Shown here one piece after another: positions 12,106 to 21,823 of a stretch of DNA of 64,000 nucleotides (position 1 is its first letter; every line of letters starts with the position of its first letter). The DNA lies in NCBI GenBank assembly GCA_964417925.1, contig CAYQJV010000002.1:20952-84951 (forward strand). Direction: 5' to 3'. Position numbers and translations under genes: made by a program. The notes below the pieces were generated by a model. That model ran no database searches. It was not told the origin of the DNA and saw only the letters and a list, made by a program, of their open reading frames with translations. This DNA comes from an uncultured bacterium (GTDB lineage Bacteria; Hydrothermota; Tepidihabitantia; B3-TA06; CAYQJV01).

Positions 12106-13626
12106 CTATTTTACTACTATTACTTTTTGCCTAATTACTTCTCTTTCTTTTTTAATATTTACAAAATATACTCCAGCATCAAGTTCTTTAAGAGAGAAAT
12201 TGCTTTTTCCATGAATTTTTGTTGAAAATAGTTTTATTTTCCTTCCTGTACAATCAAAAATTTCAATCTCTATTTTTTCGTTTTCAAATGAAGTGATGCT
12301 GAATGAATTTATGCCAGAGGTAAAGTCAAAAATTGATGGAGTAGATGTTTCTTCTACACCAGTAAGAGGTGCATCGAGATTTGGTTCCCATCTATTATAG
12401 TACACTCTATCACATAACTCAAGAATTGAGGCAGAGATGTTGTATTTATCGTGAATTGCTTCTGGTTGCAGAAACTCCTGTATATTATAGAGATTTATGT
12501 TTTCAAATGCATCGTTGTCTTTTGCAGGAATATTTTGATTGGCTAAATAAGCTATATAAGCACTATCGGGTAAAAGTCTTATCCATTGTATTCCTTTGTC
12601 AATCCATGCTTGATATGGAACAACTATATGTGGGTGATCAATGGTGCCTTGGACATGGTCAATTTGGGTCCCTATCATTATTATTTTCAACTCAGGTAAT
12701 TTTGCAACTACAGAGTCAAAAAATTTACTTAAGTCTCTTATCTTCCAAAATTCTTTTGCCTCATCAATGGAGGCAAAACTTGTTCCAAGAGGGTCGGGGA
12801 GTCCTTGTTCCTTTGCTTTTTCTAACACAGGTGTTGAATATACCCATTTTCCCTCTCCTTCAAAAATTCCTTCAATTGCTCCAAAAGGATAATCAATACT
12901 ATTATCAAATCTATCATTTGAGTTTAAGTCAAGATAGAGAACGCCCTTATAATGTTTTTTAGGATGGATTGCATCTGGGTCAAACTTTAAATCATCTTCA
13001 TAGCGAATATCACATACAATCCCATTTTCTGTTAATTTTGCTGAGTATGGAACATATCTTGGGTTCTCCTGTAAAGCACTTCCAAGATCTACTGTAACAA
13101 ACTGTTCTCCTGCTGGATTCTCCCAACCTACAAACCATGAAATATTCAATTCATCTCCATAAAGTCCAAGGGTAACAATTGCAATGTTTCCTCCATTTGA
13201 GCTTCCAACAATTCCAACATTGTTATACAAAGGATTTACTGAAATGATTTCATGAAGGTATTTTCCATTAACATCAGTTAATTTGCCTTTTGCAAACTTC
13301 ATTACATCCCTTAATGCCTTTATGCAGTTTTCTCCTCTATGGTCATAGGTTCCGTCACTTTTTATTCCAGTTGCTGTATCCACACCACCAGGAAAGAGGA
13401 AGCTTATTTTTATTACATCGTAAAGCATATCAAATGGATCCTCAAGGCTTCCTTTCTCATCGCCCCCTGGAATGTTAATTACAATTGGAGCTCCGTCCTT
13501 ATATCTTTGGTTTTCCTGGGATGGTGAATATACTGCTACTGCAATCTGTCCTCCCTCTGCTCCTTCTGATTGAATAAATGTTATATATTTTTCAGAAAAA
13601 ATAAAAATTGCAAGTAATATGTTCAA
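12106..13626 (-). CDS. Secreted alpha/beta-hydrolase-like protein with T9SS-like CTD
   Basis: GSSNGG nucleophile elbow; CTD IEIFDCTGRKI...AGVYFV...QKVIVVK. Confidence 0.6.
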   Translation of the reverse strand: MNILLAIFIFSEKYITFIQSEGAEGGQIAVAVYSPSQENQRYKDGAPIVINIPGGDEKGSLEDPFDMLYDVIKISFLFPGGVDTATGIKSDGTYDHRGENCIKALRDVMKFAKGKLTDVNGKYLHEIISVNPLYNNVGIVGSSNGGNIAIVTLGLYGDELNISWFVGWENPAGEQFVTVDLGSALQENPRYVPYSAKLTENGIVCDIRYEDDLKFDPDAIHPKKHYKGVLYLDLNSNDRFDNSIDYPFGAIEGIFEGEGKWVYSTPVLEKAKEQGLPDPLGTSFASIDEAKEFWKIRDLSKFFDSVVAKLPELKIIMIGTQIDHVQGTIDHPHIVVPYQAWIDKGIQWIRLLPDSAYIAYLANQNIPAKDNDAFENINLYNIQEFLQPEAIHDKYNISASILELCDRVYYNRWEPNLDAPLTGVEETSTPSIFDFTSGINSFSITSFENEKIEIEIFDCTGRKIKLFSTKIHGKSNFSLKELDAGVYFVNIKKEREVIRQKVIVVK

Positions 13627-13708
13627 GTTTCCTCCTTTTCTATCTTTACTTTCTTTCTCTGTATGTTTTGGTATTTATACTTCATACAAAAAGAAAAAAT
13701 TTCCATTT

Positions 13709-14746
13709 TTAACTTCCTTTCAAAATAATTATTTTCCCTTTATAAACATTTTTCTCTGTATTAAGGATGTAAAAGTATATTCCTGGGCAAAATCTATTCA
13801 GATCTATTACTTTTGGTTTATCAATTGATTGCTTTAATAACAGAGTTCCTGTGATGTCAAATATCTTAACCTCTGAAACATACGGAATGAAAAGTTTCTT
13901 TTGTTTAATTAAAGGTGTAAAATTGTAACAGCATAATGTATCATCTCGTATACCGGTATTCCACAGATTTTCAAGGAACTCTTCCATTTCCTTTGCAACT
14001 GTATCTTCCCCAGTAAATAGATTTACAGGATCGCCATGCTTGTATCCTTCAAGGAGGATAAATCTTGAAGAGTATCCATCTTTTATAAGAGCATTGTGAA
14101 AACTGTCTGCATTAGACCAGTGGATCAATTCATCCTCTGTTCCGTGAATTATTAGAAATTTTGTATTTCTGTTTCCTGTTTTTGTATGATTTATTGGCTG
14201 TGCTTCATCCCAATAAGAGGAGTTTCCAAGAAATGTCATCACTGCTTCTTTTCCATCCTCAGGTAGGAGATCAAAGTCGTACACTCCAGAAGTTGATATT
14301 ACACCATTTACAAAAATTGAAGTAATGGTATCTTCTGTCCATTTTTTTTCTGGAGTAAGTCCAACAAGGGAAACCAGGTGTCCCCCTGCAGAGTGTCCAT
14401 ACAGACATATCTTTTGAGGATCTGCCTTATATTTTTCTGCATTCTTTTTTATCCATTGAATTGCAAGAGCTACATCGTGTGGTTGGGCAGGATATGTATA
14501 CGTAGGTGCAAGTCTATAATTAATATTAACAACCACATGACCTTTTTCAGCAAAATGTTCTGCTATATGGGAAAACTTCCTTTTGTCTCCTGTGACCCAT
14601 GCACCTCCATGAACAATTATAAGCACCGGGAAAATACTATCTTCTAAAGGAACATACACATCGCAACTCTGCAGGGGGTGGGTACCGTAACTTACATTTT
14701 CGTATAATTCAAAGGACCGGAAAGTTAATAAAAATAGTAAAAACAT
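13709..14746 (-). CDS. Secreted esterase/lipase (HGG-type alpha/beta hydrolase) with T9SS-like CTD
   Basis: HGGAW, INYRLAP, GHSAGG, IHGTED; CTD IFDITG...PGIYFY. Confidence 0.85.
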   Translation of the reverse strand: MFLLFLLTFRSFELYENVSYGTHPLQSCDVYVPLEDSIFPVLIIVHGGAWVTGDKRKFSHIAEHFAEKGHVVVNINYRLAPTYTYPAQPHDVALAIQWIKKNAEKYKADPQKICLYGHSAGGHLVSLVGLTPEKKWTEDTITSIFVNGVISTSGVYDFDLLPEDGKEAVMTFLGNSSYWDEAQPINHTKTGNRNTKFLIIHGTEDELIHWSNADSFHNALIKDGYSSRFILLEGYKHGDPVNLFTGEDTVAKEMEEFLENLWNTGIRDDTLCCYNFTPLIKQKKLFIPYVSEVKIFDITGTLLLKQSIDKPKVIDLNRFCPGIYFYILNTEKNVYKGKIIILKGS

Positions 14747-15849
14747 CAGGGCCCTATATTTCCATTTGCATTGTTTTCAAACTGGTTGTTTTCAAGCGTT
14801 GGGTTTGCCTCTCCTTCAAGGTATATACCCCATGCCTTACTGTGCCTTATAATACAGTTTTTAATGGTTGGAGAACAGTCGTAGCACACAATATTTCCTT
14901 TATCATTACCTCCTCCATACTCCACCGTGCATCCATCAAGCCATGTCTGAGAGGAAAGAATATCCTTTTTGAACTCTATACCCTTCCAGTCTCCTGGTGC
15001 AGGAGGTTCAAGGGCTGATGTGAAGACCGTGTTTTCTGCTTGAAATGCTCCACTGTTCACATATAATGCTGTATTTGCTGAAAATTCAAATCTCGCATCC
15101 TTTACACTTACAATCTCAGGAGTTTGAATGTTGAGATTATCAAGAAACTTGTAATTATATGAAGGAAGTTCACCTCCCTCTTCTATGTTCATGGATGAGA
15201 TAACTACAATGCCATCATAACCGTTATTTGAAAAAGTATTGCCGTTGGTTATATTGTAGAGGTCATTGCCCACCCCTTCGGTGGCGATTGCTCCTTCCTC
15301 ACAGTATTCAATAATATTTTTATCAAATTTCTCAATTTCTCCCCCATCCATCAGCCCATAACTTGAACTATATCTTAAAGTGCAGTTTTCAATTTCAGCT
15401 TTTCCTCCATGGAAAAGGTTAATTATTCCGGTATTGTCGCCACCTCCGTACTCTATTGTGCAGTTTTTGAAATAAACCTCTCCATGGCCCCAGACAAAGA
15501 AGGAATTCCAAAACCCAGGGGATGGGTCATCGGAGTTTGCTGTTATAATTATTCCCTCATCCCCTCCATCAGCTATTATTCTTCCTGCTGGTCCAAATGC
15601 TATTCCCACATCTATACGAACTCCTTGGTTTATCTTAACGATTACTCCTGGTTCAAGAGTAAGAGTCGCTCCAATTTGCAATCCTCCGGTTATGATGTGA
15701 GGATTATCCTTTGCATACCATGTTTCGTCCTGGGTTATTTCTCCTGAGTGTTCTGTACCTTTTTCTTCTTGGACATTCTCTAATATATCACATCCTGATA
15801 AGGTAAGGAATAAAATGGCTAAGCTTAGAGCACACAGTTTTTTAACCAT
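14746..15849 (-). CDS. Lipoprotein with right-handed beta-helix repeats
   Basis: Lipobox LSGC; internally duplicated P.PG.W..(F/I).F...C.(I/V)EYGG motif; Asn-rich helix repeats. Confidence 0.75.
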   Translation of the reverse strand: MVKKLCALSLAILFLTLSGCDILENVQEEKGTEHSGEITQDETWYAKDNPHIITGGLQIGATLTLEPGVIVKINQGVRIDVGIAFGPAGRIIADGGDEGIIITANSDDPSPGFWNSFFVWGHGEVYFKNCTIEYGGGDNTGIINLFHGGKAEIENCTLRYSSSYGLMDGGEIEKFDKNIIEYCEEGAIATEGVGNDLYNITNGNTFSNNGYDGIVVISSMNIEEGGELPSYNYKFLDNLNIQTPEIVSVKDARFEFSANTALYVNSGAFQAENTVFTSALEPPAPGDWKGIEFKKDILSSQTWLDGCTVEYGGGNDKGNIVCYDCSPTIKNCIIRHSKAWGIYLEGEANPTLENNQFENNANGNIGP

Positions 15850-15915
15850 TAAACCTCCTTTTTTATTTTTTGACCAAAAGTTTTCCTAAAAGTTTAATCT
15901 CTTGTCTTGTTTTTT

Positions 15916-15944
15916 ATTATATTTAAATCTCATCATGTTGTCAA
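15916..15944 (-). promoter_or_regulatory. Sigma70 promoter TTGACA-17-TATAAT
   Basis: Perfect hexamers, divergent from the tRNA promoter. Confidence 0.8.
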
Positions 15945-15959
15945 CGTTTGTATAATAAT

Positions 15960-15987
15960 TTGACAAAAGGAAGGTTTTAAATAAAAT
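15960..15987 (+). promoter_or_regulatory. Sigma70 promoter TTGACA-16-TAAAAT
   Basis: Ends 8 nt upstream of the tRNA gene. Confidence 0.8.
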
Positions 15988-15995
15988 AATACATA

Positions 15996-16068
15996 GCCGG
16001 AGTAGCTCAGCGGTTAGAGCAGCGGAATCATAATCCGCGTGTCGGGGGTTCGAATCCCTCCTCCGGCA
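15996..16068 (+). tRNA. tRNA with CAT anticodon (elongator Met or Ile2)
   Basis: GCCGGAG/CTCCGGC acceptor, GCGGA-ATCATAA-TCCGC anticodon arm, GGTTCGAATCC. Paired 1-72, so not the initiator. No CCA encoded. Confidence 0.93.
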
Positions 16069-16098
16069 TTCTTAACCTAAAATCCGAAAGGAGGTAAT

Positions 16099-17022
16099 AT
16101 GTCCATTGAAAAGGCAAAGTATATTTGGATGGATGGGGAATTTGTTCCATGGGATGAAGCAAAAATCCATATACTTTCCCATGTAGTACATTATGGTACA
16201 GGTGTATTTGAAGGACTAAGATGTTATAAGACAAATAGGGGTTCTTTTATTTTTAGATTAAAAGACCACACAAAAAGACTTTTTAATTCTGCTAAAATAT
16301 ACAGAATGGAAATTCCTTTTACCCAAGAAGAGATAAATAATGCAATTATAGAGCTTATAAAGAAAAATGAACTTGAGGATTGTTATATAAGACCTCTTGT
16401 ATACAGGGGATACGGAGAATTAGGAGTGAATCCATTTAATTGTCCTGTGAGAGTTTCGATAGCTGTATGGAAGTGGGGAAAATACCTTGGACCAGAAGCA
16501 CTTGAAAAAGGTGTGGATGTAATGGTTTCTACCTGGACAAGAATGGCAGCGAATACCTTTCCTCCGATGGCTAAGGCATGCGCAAATTACATGAATTCTC
16601 AGCTTATAAAAATGGAAGCTGTTTTAAACGGTTATGTGGAAGGTATTGCTCTTGATCATTTGGGTTTTGTTAGTGAGGGTTCAGGTGAGAATCTTTTTGC
16701 TGTAAAAGATGGAGTAATATATACTCCTCCAATTCATGCATGTATTCTTCCAGGAATAACAAGGGATTCTGTTATAACACTTGCAAGGGATATGGGGTAT
16801 GAGGTTAAGGAGGAAATGTTTTTGAGAGAATTTCTTTATCTTGCAGATGAACTTTTCTTTACTGGAAGTGCAGCAGAGATAACGCCTATAAGATCCGTGG
16901 ATAAAATAAAAATAGGAACAGGAGAAAGAGGGCCAATTACCAAGAAACTGCAAGATGCATTTTTTGATGTAATTGAGGGGAGGAGAGAGGATAAATACGG
17001 ATGGCTCACCAAGGTAGAGTAA
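16099..17022 (+). CDS. ilvE: Branched-chain amino acid aminotransferase
   Basis: [49 protein letters not shown]. Confidence 0.96.
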   Translation: MSIEKAKYIWMDGEFVPWDEAKIHILSHVVHYGTGVFEGLRCYKTNRGSFIFRLKDHTKRLFNSAKIYRMEIPFTQEEINNAIIELIKKNELEDCYIRPLVYRGYGELGVNPFNCPVRVSIAVWKWGKYLGPEALEKGVDVMVSTWTRMAANTFPPMAKACANYMNSQLIKMEAVLNGYVEGIALDHLGFVSEGSGENLFAVKDGVIYTPPIHACILPGITRDSVITLARDMGYEVKEEMFLREFLYLADELFFTGSAAEITPIRSVDKIKIGTGERGPITKKLQDAFFDVIEGRREDKYGWLTKVE

Positions 17023-17477
17023 GAAGGATAGCAATTGGGGCAGACCATAGAGGTTATGAGTTAAAGGAAAAGCTTAAAAGATATCTTGAAGAAAAAGGCT
17101 ATGAGGTAGAAGACTTGGGAACTTATTCAAAAGCTTCGTGTGACTATCCAGACTTTGCAATTCCTGTGGCAGAAATTGTAGCGAAGGGAGAAGTAGATAG
17201 AGGAATTCTTATATGCTATACAGGCATAGGGATGTCAATTGCTGCCAATAAAGTGAAAGGAGTTAGAGCTTCTTTATGCTTTATTCCTGAGCTTGCAGAG
17301 CTTACAAGAAAACATAATGATTCAAATGTTTTGGTTCTTGGGTCTATGTACATCACTTTTGAGTTAGCCAAAAAAATAGTTGATAAATGGTTTTCTACGG
17401 ATTTTGAAGGAGGTAGACACCAAAGAAGGATTGATAAGATTAAAGAGTATGAAAATTCTGCCTTTAGCAGCGGATAG
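17001..17477 (+). CDS. rpiB: Ribose-5-phosphate isomerase B
   Basis: [39 protein letters not shown]. Confidence 0.95.
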   Translation: MAHQGRVRRIAIGADHRGYELKEKLKRYLEEKGYEVEDLGTYSKASCDYPDFAIPVAEIVAKGEVDRGILICYTGIGMSIAANKVKGVRASLCFIPELAELTRKHNDSNVLVLGSMYITFELAKKIVDKWFSTDFEGGRHQRRIDKIKEYENSAFSSG

Positions 17478-18285
17478 TTTAGGAGTAAGAAGTATGGCAA
17501 CCTTTGTGGAGACAGATGATATTACAATTATCGTAGATCCAGGCGTATCCTTGGGACCTATAAGATATGAACTTCCTCCTCATCCAGTGGAGATAGAAAG
17601 GATGCAATGTGCAAGAAAAGATATAATAAACTTTATCAAAAAAGCCAAGGTAGTAATAATTACCCATTATCACCTTGATCACTACATGCCTGAATATTCT
17701 TTCCTTTTTAAAGGCAAAGAAGTCTTTTTAAAAAATCCTTTTGAAGAGATGAACTACAATCAAAGGGAAAGGGGTAAGGAGGTTATAGAAATTTTAAAAA
17801 AGCACAGGATAAGGTATGAATTCGCAGATGGTATGAGAATAAGATATGCAGATACCTTAATAGAGTTTTCTCCTCCATTTCCTCATGGAACAAAAGCACA
17901 GGGAAGTGTATTGTCAATCTATATAAAAGAAAAAATAGAAAGTTTTTTGTACACTTCGGATGTTGTTGGACCTCAAGAAAGAGAAGTCTTAGAGTTTATT
18001 GGAGAAAGACGTCCCACATATCTTTATATTGATGGTCCCAATCTTCCTTTTTGCAATACCTACTCGCTTGAGATCGCTCTAAAAAATCTCTTTGAGGCAA
18101 GTATATATACACAACAGATGATTTTAGATCACCATCCTATTAGAGATAAAGAATATTATTCAAAGCTTAATCCAATTTTTGAGACCCAAAAAACACTCAC
18201 AGTTGCAGAGTTTCTCCATACATCTCCTATGCCCCTTGAAGCAAGAAGGAAGGAACTCTTTTTAAAATATGTGGATAAAAACTGA
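17449..18285 (+). CDS. Metallo-beta-lactamase-fold hydrolase (UPF0282-like)
   Basis: [18 protein letters not shown] start, ITHYHLDH, TSDV, DHH. ATG at 17449 preferred over the track's 17380. Confidence 0.85.
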   Translation: MKILPLAADSLGVRSMATFVETDDITIIVDPGVSLGPIRYELPPHPVEIERMQCARKDIINFIKKAKVVIITHYHLDHYMPEYSFLFKGKEVFLKNPFEEMNYNQRERGKEVIEILKKHRIRYEFADGMRIRYADTLIEFSPPFPHGTKAQGSVLSIYIKEKIESFLYTSDVVGPQEREVLEFIGERRPTYLYIDGPNLPFCNTYSLEIALKNLFEASIYTQQMILDHHPIRDKEYYSKLNPIFETQKTLTVAEFLHTSPMPLEARRKELFLKYVDKN

Positions 18286-18494
18286 AATCGCTTTCTTAAA
18301 GCTTTCTAAGAAGCAAAATATACAATACATAAATTTCCCCACTGTGTGGATAACTTTTTCAACGTTGTGGATAACTCTATAGGTTACGTAAATACGTGTC
18401 ATGAATGAAAGTTCAAAAGTTAGAAAAAGCGAGTTATCCACAGATATTAGAAAAGTGGATAACTTTCTTTCGGCAGTGGAAAGTTTGTGGAAAG
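18270..18494. promoter_or_regulatory. DnaA-box cluster, candidate replication origin
   Basis: Perfect TTATCCACA/TGTGGATAA at 18270, 18345, 18366 and 18434; near-matches at 18454, 18475 and 18486. Confidence 0.75.
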
Positions 18495-19411
18495 AGATAG
18501 GTAAGAGAATAGTAAATCAAAGAGATGTAATAGAGGGAATTCTGGTTTCTTTGTTTGCAGATGGGCATTCTCTTGTGATAGGTGTTCCAGGACTTGCGAA
18601 GACTTTGATTGTGAATACCATTGCAGAGGTTTTGGATCTTCGTTTTCAGAGGATTCAGTTCACTCCTGATCTTATGCCTTCAGACATTACCGGAACTGAG
18701 ATTCTTGAAGAGGATAAAGTTACTGGAAAGAGACGGATGCGTTTTGTAAAAGGTCCTATTTTTGCCAATATTGTACTTGCAGATGAGATTAACAGAGCTC
18801 CTCCAAAAACCCAGGCTGCGTTATTACAGGCAATGCAGGAGAGAAAGGTGACTGTAGGAGGAGTTACCTATGAACTTGATCCTCCCTTTATTGTACTTGC
18901 GACTCAGAATCCTATAGAACAGGAGGGAACGTATCCTCTTCCAGAGGCAGAACTTGATAGATTTATGTTTGCAATAAACATAGGTTATCCATCCTTTGAA
19001 GATGAAAAAAAAATTGTGGAAACCACCACATCAGGATATGAACCAAAATTAAAAAAAGTAATGAAAAAGGAAGAGGTAGTGGAATATCAGAGACTTATAA
19101 GAAGAGTTCCTGTATCAGAAGAAGTTATTTCTTATGCAGTCTCAATAGTTCATGCAACAAGACCTGAAAATAGTAATTTTAAATTTGTTAAAGAATGGGT
19201 AAAATGGGGAGCTGGTCCTCGGGCTTCTCAATATTTGATTCTTGGGGCAAAAGTTAGTGCATTGCTTGAAGGGAAAATAGTACCTGAAAAAAAGGATATA
19301 AAAAGAATTGCTCCCCAGGTTCTCAGACATAGAATAATTTTAAATTTTGTTGCAGAAGCTGAAGGAATAACCTCGGATGAGGTAATAAAAAATATTCTGG
19401 AAAAATTTTAA
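18401..19411 (+). CDS. MoxR-family AAA+ ATPase
   Basis: GVPGLAKT, RIQFTPDLMPSDITG, LADEINRAPPKTQAALL, ATQNPIEQEGTYPLPEAELDRF. Confidence 0.95.
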   Translation: MNESSKVRKSELSTDIRKVDNFLSAVESLWKEIGKRIVNQRDVIEGILVSLFADGHSLVIGVPGLAKTLIVNTIAEVLDLRFQRIQFTPDLMPSDITGTEILEEDKVTGKRRMRFVKGPIFANIVLADEINRAPPKTQAALLQAMQERKVTVGGVTYELDPPFIVLATQNPIEQEGTYPLPEAELDRFMFAINIGYPSFEDEKKIVETTTSGYEPKLKKVMKKEEVVEYQRLIRRVPVSEEVISYAVSIVHATRPENSNFKFVKEWVKWGAGPRASQYLILGAKVSALLEGKIVPEKKDIKRIAPQVLRHRIILNFVAEAEGITSDEVIKNILEKF

Positions 19412-19412
19412 G

Positions 19413-20267
19413 CTAATTTAAAATTTTTGAGATTATCTCTACTGTTTTTTCTATTTCTCTTTCTGTAATATAAAGAGAAGGAAAGATTCCAATTTTTTGG
19501 GGTGGTATTTTTTTTAAAATTACCCCTTCCCCCAGAGCTTTATGTATTATTTTATCAATATTTATTTCTTTGAATAGTTGTATAAAAGTTACAAGTCCTT
19601 TTCCGTTTATTGCTGCACATATCTTTTTCTTTAAGAGATTTCTTAGATAATTCCCTTTTTGTTCAGCTCTTTTAACTCCTTCATTTTTTAAAAAATTCAC
19701 TCTTTCAATAGCCTTTTTAAGAATATATTGGGGAACAGAAATATTTTTATGTGTTGTAAATACAGATCTTGAGGCAGAGATTGCAAATAGTTCTTCGGTG
19801 ATTTTAAATATGTATACATCTGCGATGAATCCGTAATGTTCTGTTATGAACATTTTTCCTGTATATCCGAGACAAAAATCTCTTTCATCCGATATTAGTA
19901 CTTCATTCTGTTGTCTTATTTTCTCAATTAATGGGGGAGGATAAATTCCTTCCTCCCCCATTAATTTGATAACGATGCTTTTTTTATTTTTCTTTATCTT
20001 TATCAGAATTTCTTCTATTTCAGCTTCAGATACTGAGAAGAAAACTTTTTTGTTTGTTCCCCCTGGAGTAAGAATTGCTATCTCCTCTGCCAAGTCTACT
20101 GCTTCTTTGAAAAAATATCTGCCTGATAGATTTATAAATCTATATCCGTCTACATCTATAATAAAAGAGTTCTCAGTTTTAACAATGATAGGAAGTTCCA
20201 TATCTATAATTTTCTTCTTTTTCAACAGTTTTCTTGCCTTGGGTCCTGGAAATTCTCTTATCTTCAA
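19413..20267 (-). CDS. Shortened, degenerate class III aminotransferase-like protein
   Basis: FPGPKARK start, IIDVDGYRFINLSG, DERDFCLGYTGKMF..EHYG..ADV...K, GKGL, PSLYITEREIE. Only 284 aa; TTG start abuts the ALDH stop. Confidence 0.7.
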   Translation of the reverse strand: MKIREFPGPKARKLLKKKKIIDMELPIIVKTENSFIIDVDGYRFINLSGRYFFKEAVDLAEEIAILTPGGTNKKVFFSVSEAEIEEILIKIKKNKKSIVIKLMGEEGIYPPPLIEKIRQQNEVLISDERDFCLGYTGKMFITEHYGFIADVYIFKITEELFAISASRSVFTTHKNISVPQYILKKAIERVNFLKNEGVKRAEQKGNYLRNLLKKKICAAINGKGLVTFIQLFKEINIDKIIHKALGEGVILKKIPPQKIGIFPSLYITEREIEKTVEIISKILN

Positions 20268-21761
20268 TTACTGTTCCCAGGTATCTATTTGAGCCTTTTG
20301 TAATTTACCTGAGTAATCTATGTAAACGGTTTTTACTTCGGTAAAGATTTCATAAACTGTCCATCCTCCTTCCCTATGGCCGTTCCCTGTATCTTTTACT
20401 CCACCAAAAGGAAGATGACACTCAGCCCCGATTGTTGGACCATTTATGTAGGTTATTCCTGCTTCAATGTCTGTAATAGCTTTCATGGCATTTTTTATGT
20501 CACTTGTATATATTGAAGATGAAAGCCCATATCTTGAGTTATTCAATATTTCAATTGCATTCTCAAGACTCTTTGCTTTTATTACAGCAACTACTGGACC
20601 AAAGATTTCTTCTTGAGCAATTCTCATATTAGGATCTACATCAATGAATATAGTAGGTTTGTAGAACCATCCTTTTACGCACTCTCCCTCTGTATAGGGT
20701 TCTCCACCAAGAACAAGCTTGGCTCCTTCCTTTTTGCCTATTTCTACATAGTTATGCACTGTTTCTCTCTGCCTTTCGTTTATTAGTGGACCCATTTCTA
20801 CAGATTCATCCAAACCATTTCCTATTTTTATTTTCTTTGCCCTTTCCACAAGCATTTCAATAAACTCGTCGTATATATCTTCATGCAGAATCAATCTCGA
20901 AGTTGCTGTGCATCTCTGCCCCGTAGTGCCAAAAGCACCCCATATTACTCCTTCAAGAGCAAGATTCATATCTGCATCAGGCATTACTATTTGAGCGTTT
21001 TTTCCTCCAAGTTCCAGAGAAACTCGTTTCAAAGTTTTCCCACATATTTCAGCAATTCTCCTTCCTACTTCTGATGAACCTGTAAAGGATACTCCTCTTA
21101 TATGAGGATTTGATAAAATTGCCTCTCCAACCTTTGCACCAGTTCCAGTGACAAGATTTACTACTCCAGGTGGAACTCCTGCTTCTTCAAGAATTTTAAC
21201 AAGTTCTACTGCACAAGCAGGTGTATCAGAGGCTGGTTTAAAAACCACTGTGTTTCCTGAAAGGATTGCTGGAAATATCTTCCAAGAAGGAATTGCTATC
21301 GGAAAGTTCCATGGGGTTATCAATCCCCATACCCCCACAGGTAATCTAAATACCAAACACATCTTATCGGGAAGCTCGGATGGAACTGTTTCTCCATGGA
21401 GTCTCCTTGATTCTCCAAAGGCATAAAATGCAGTGTCAATTCCTTCTTGGACATCACCTCTTGTTTCCTTCAGAATCTTTCCCATCTCTCTTGTCATTAA
21501 TTTTGCTATTTTTTCCTTCCTTTCCATCAATAGTTCGGCAGCTTTTCTTACTATTTCCCCTCTTTTAGGAACAGGAACTTTTTTCCATGATTCGTAGGCT
21601 TTTTTTGCAGCTTCAACTGCTTCTTCAACATCCTCTGGACCTGAACGTTGAAATATTCCTATTACTTCATCCCAGTTTGCAGGATTTCTATTCTCAAAGG
21701 TTTCACCTGTTTTTGATTCAACCCATTTACCATTTATATAATTTTTATATATCTCTGCCAT
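20268..21761 (-). CDS. NAD(P)-dependent aldehyde dehydrogenase
   Basis: TPWNFP, KPAS, FTGS, LELGGKN, GQRCTA, EEIFGPV, PFGGVK. Confidence 0.96.
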   Translation of the reverse strand: MAEIYKNYINGKWVESKTGETFENRNPANWDEVIGIFQRSGPEDVEEAVEAAKKAYESWKKVPVPKRGEIVRKAAELLMERKEKIAKLMTREMGKILKETRGDVQEGIDTAFYAFGESRRLHGETVPSELPDKMCLVFRLPVGVWGLITPWNFPIAIPSWKIFPAILSGNTVVFKPASDTPACAVELVKILEEAGVPPGVVNLVTGTGAKVGEAILSNPHIRGVSFTGSSEVGRRIAEICGKTLKRVSLELGGKNAQIVMPDADMNLALEGVIWGAFGTTGQRCTATSRLILHEDIYDEFIEMLVERAKKIKIGNGLDESVEMGPLINERQRETVHNYVEIGKKEGAKLVLGGEPYTEGECVKGWFYKPTIFIDVDPNMRIAQEEIFGPVVAVIKAKSLENAIEILNNSRYGLSSSIYTSDIKNAMKAITDIEAGITYINGPTIGAECHLPFGGVKDTGNGHREGGWTVYEIFTEVKTVYIDYSGKLQKAQIDTWEQ

Positions 21762-21791
21762 TTATCCTCCTTTTGTTTATTTTTTATTTAA

Positions 21792-21819
21792 ATTATATCT
21801 GTATATCAAAGAATAGCAA
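21792..21819 (-). promoter_or_regulatory. Sigma70 promoter TTGCTA-16-TATAAT
   Basis: Upstream of ALDH, followed by an AGGAGG SD. Confidence 0.6.
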
Positions 21820-21823
21820 ATAA

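Noticed and set aside
18401-19411. MoxR as part of a MoxR-DUF58-VWA chaperone operon
   Set aside because: No DUF58 or VWA gene is adjacent; the next gene is convergent.
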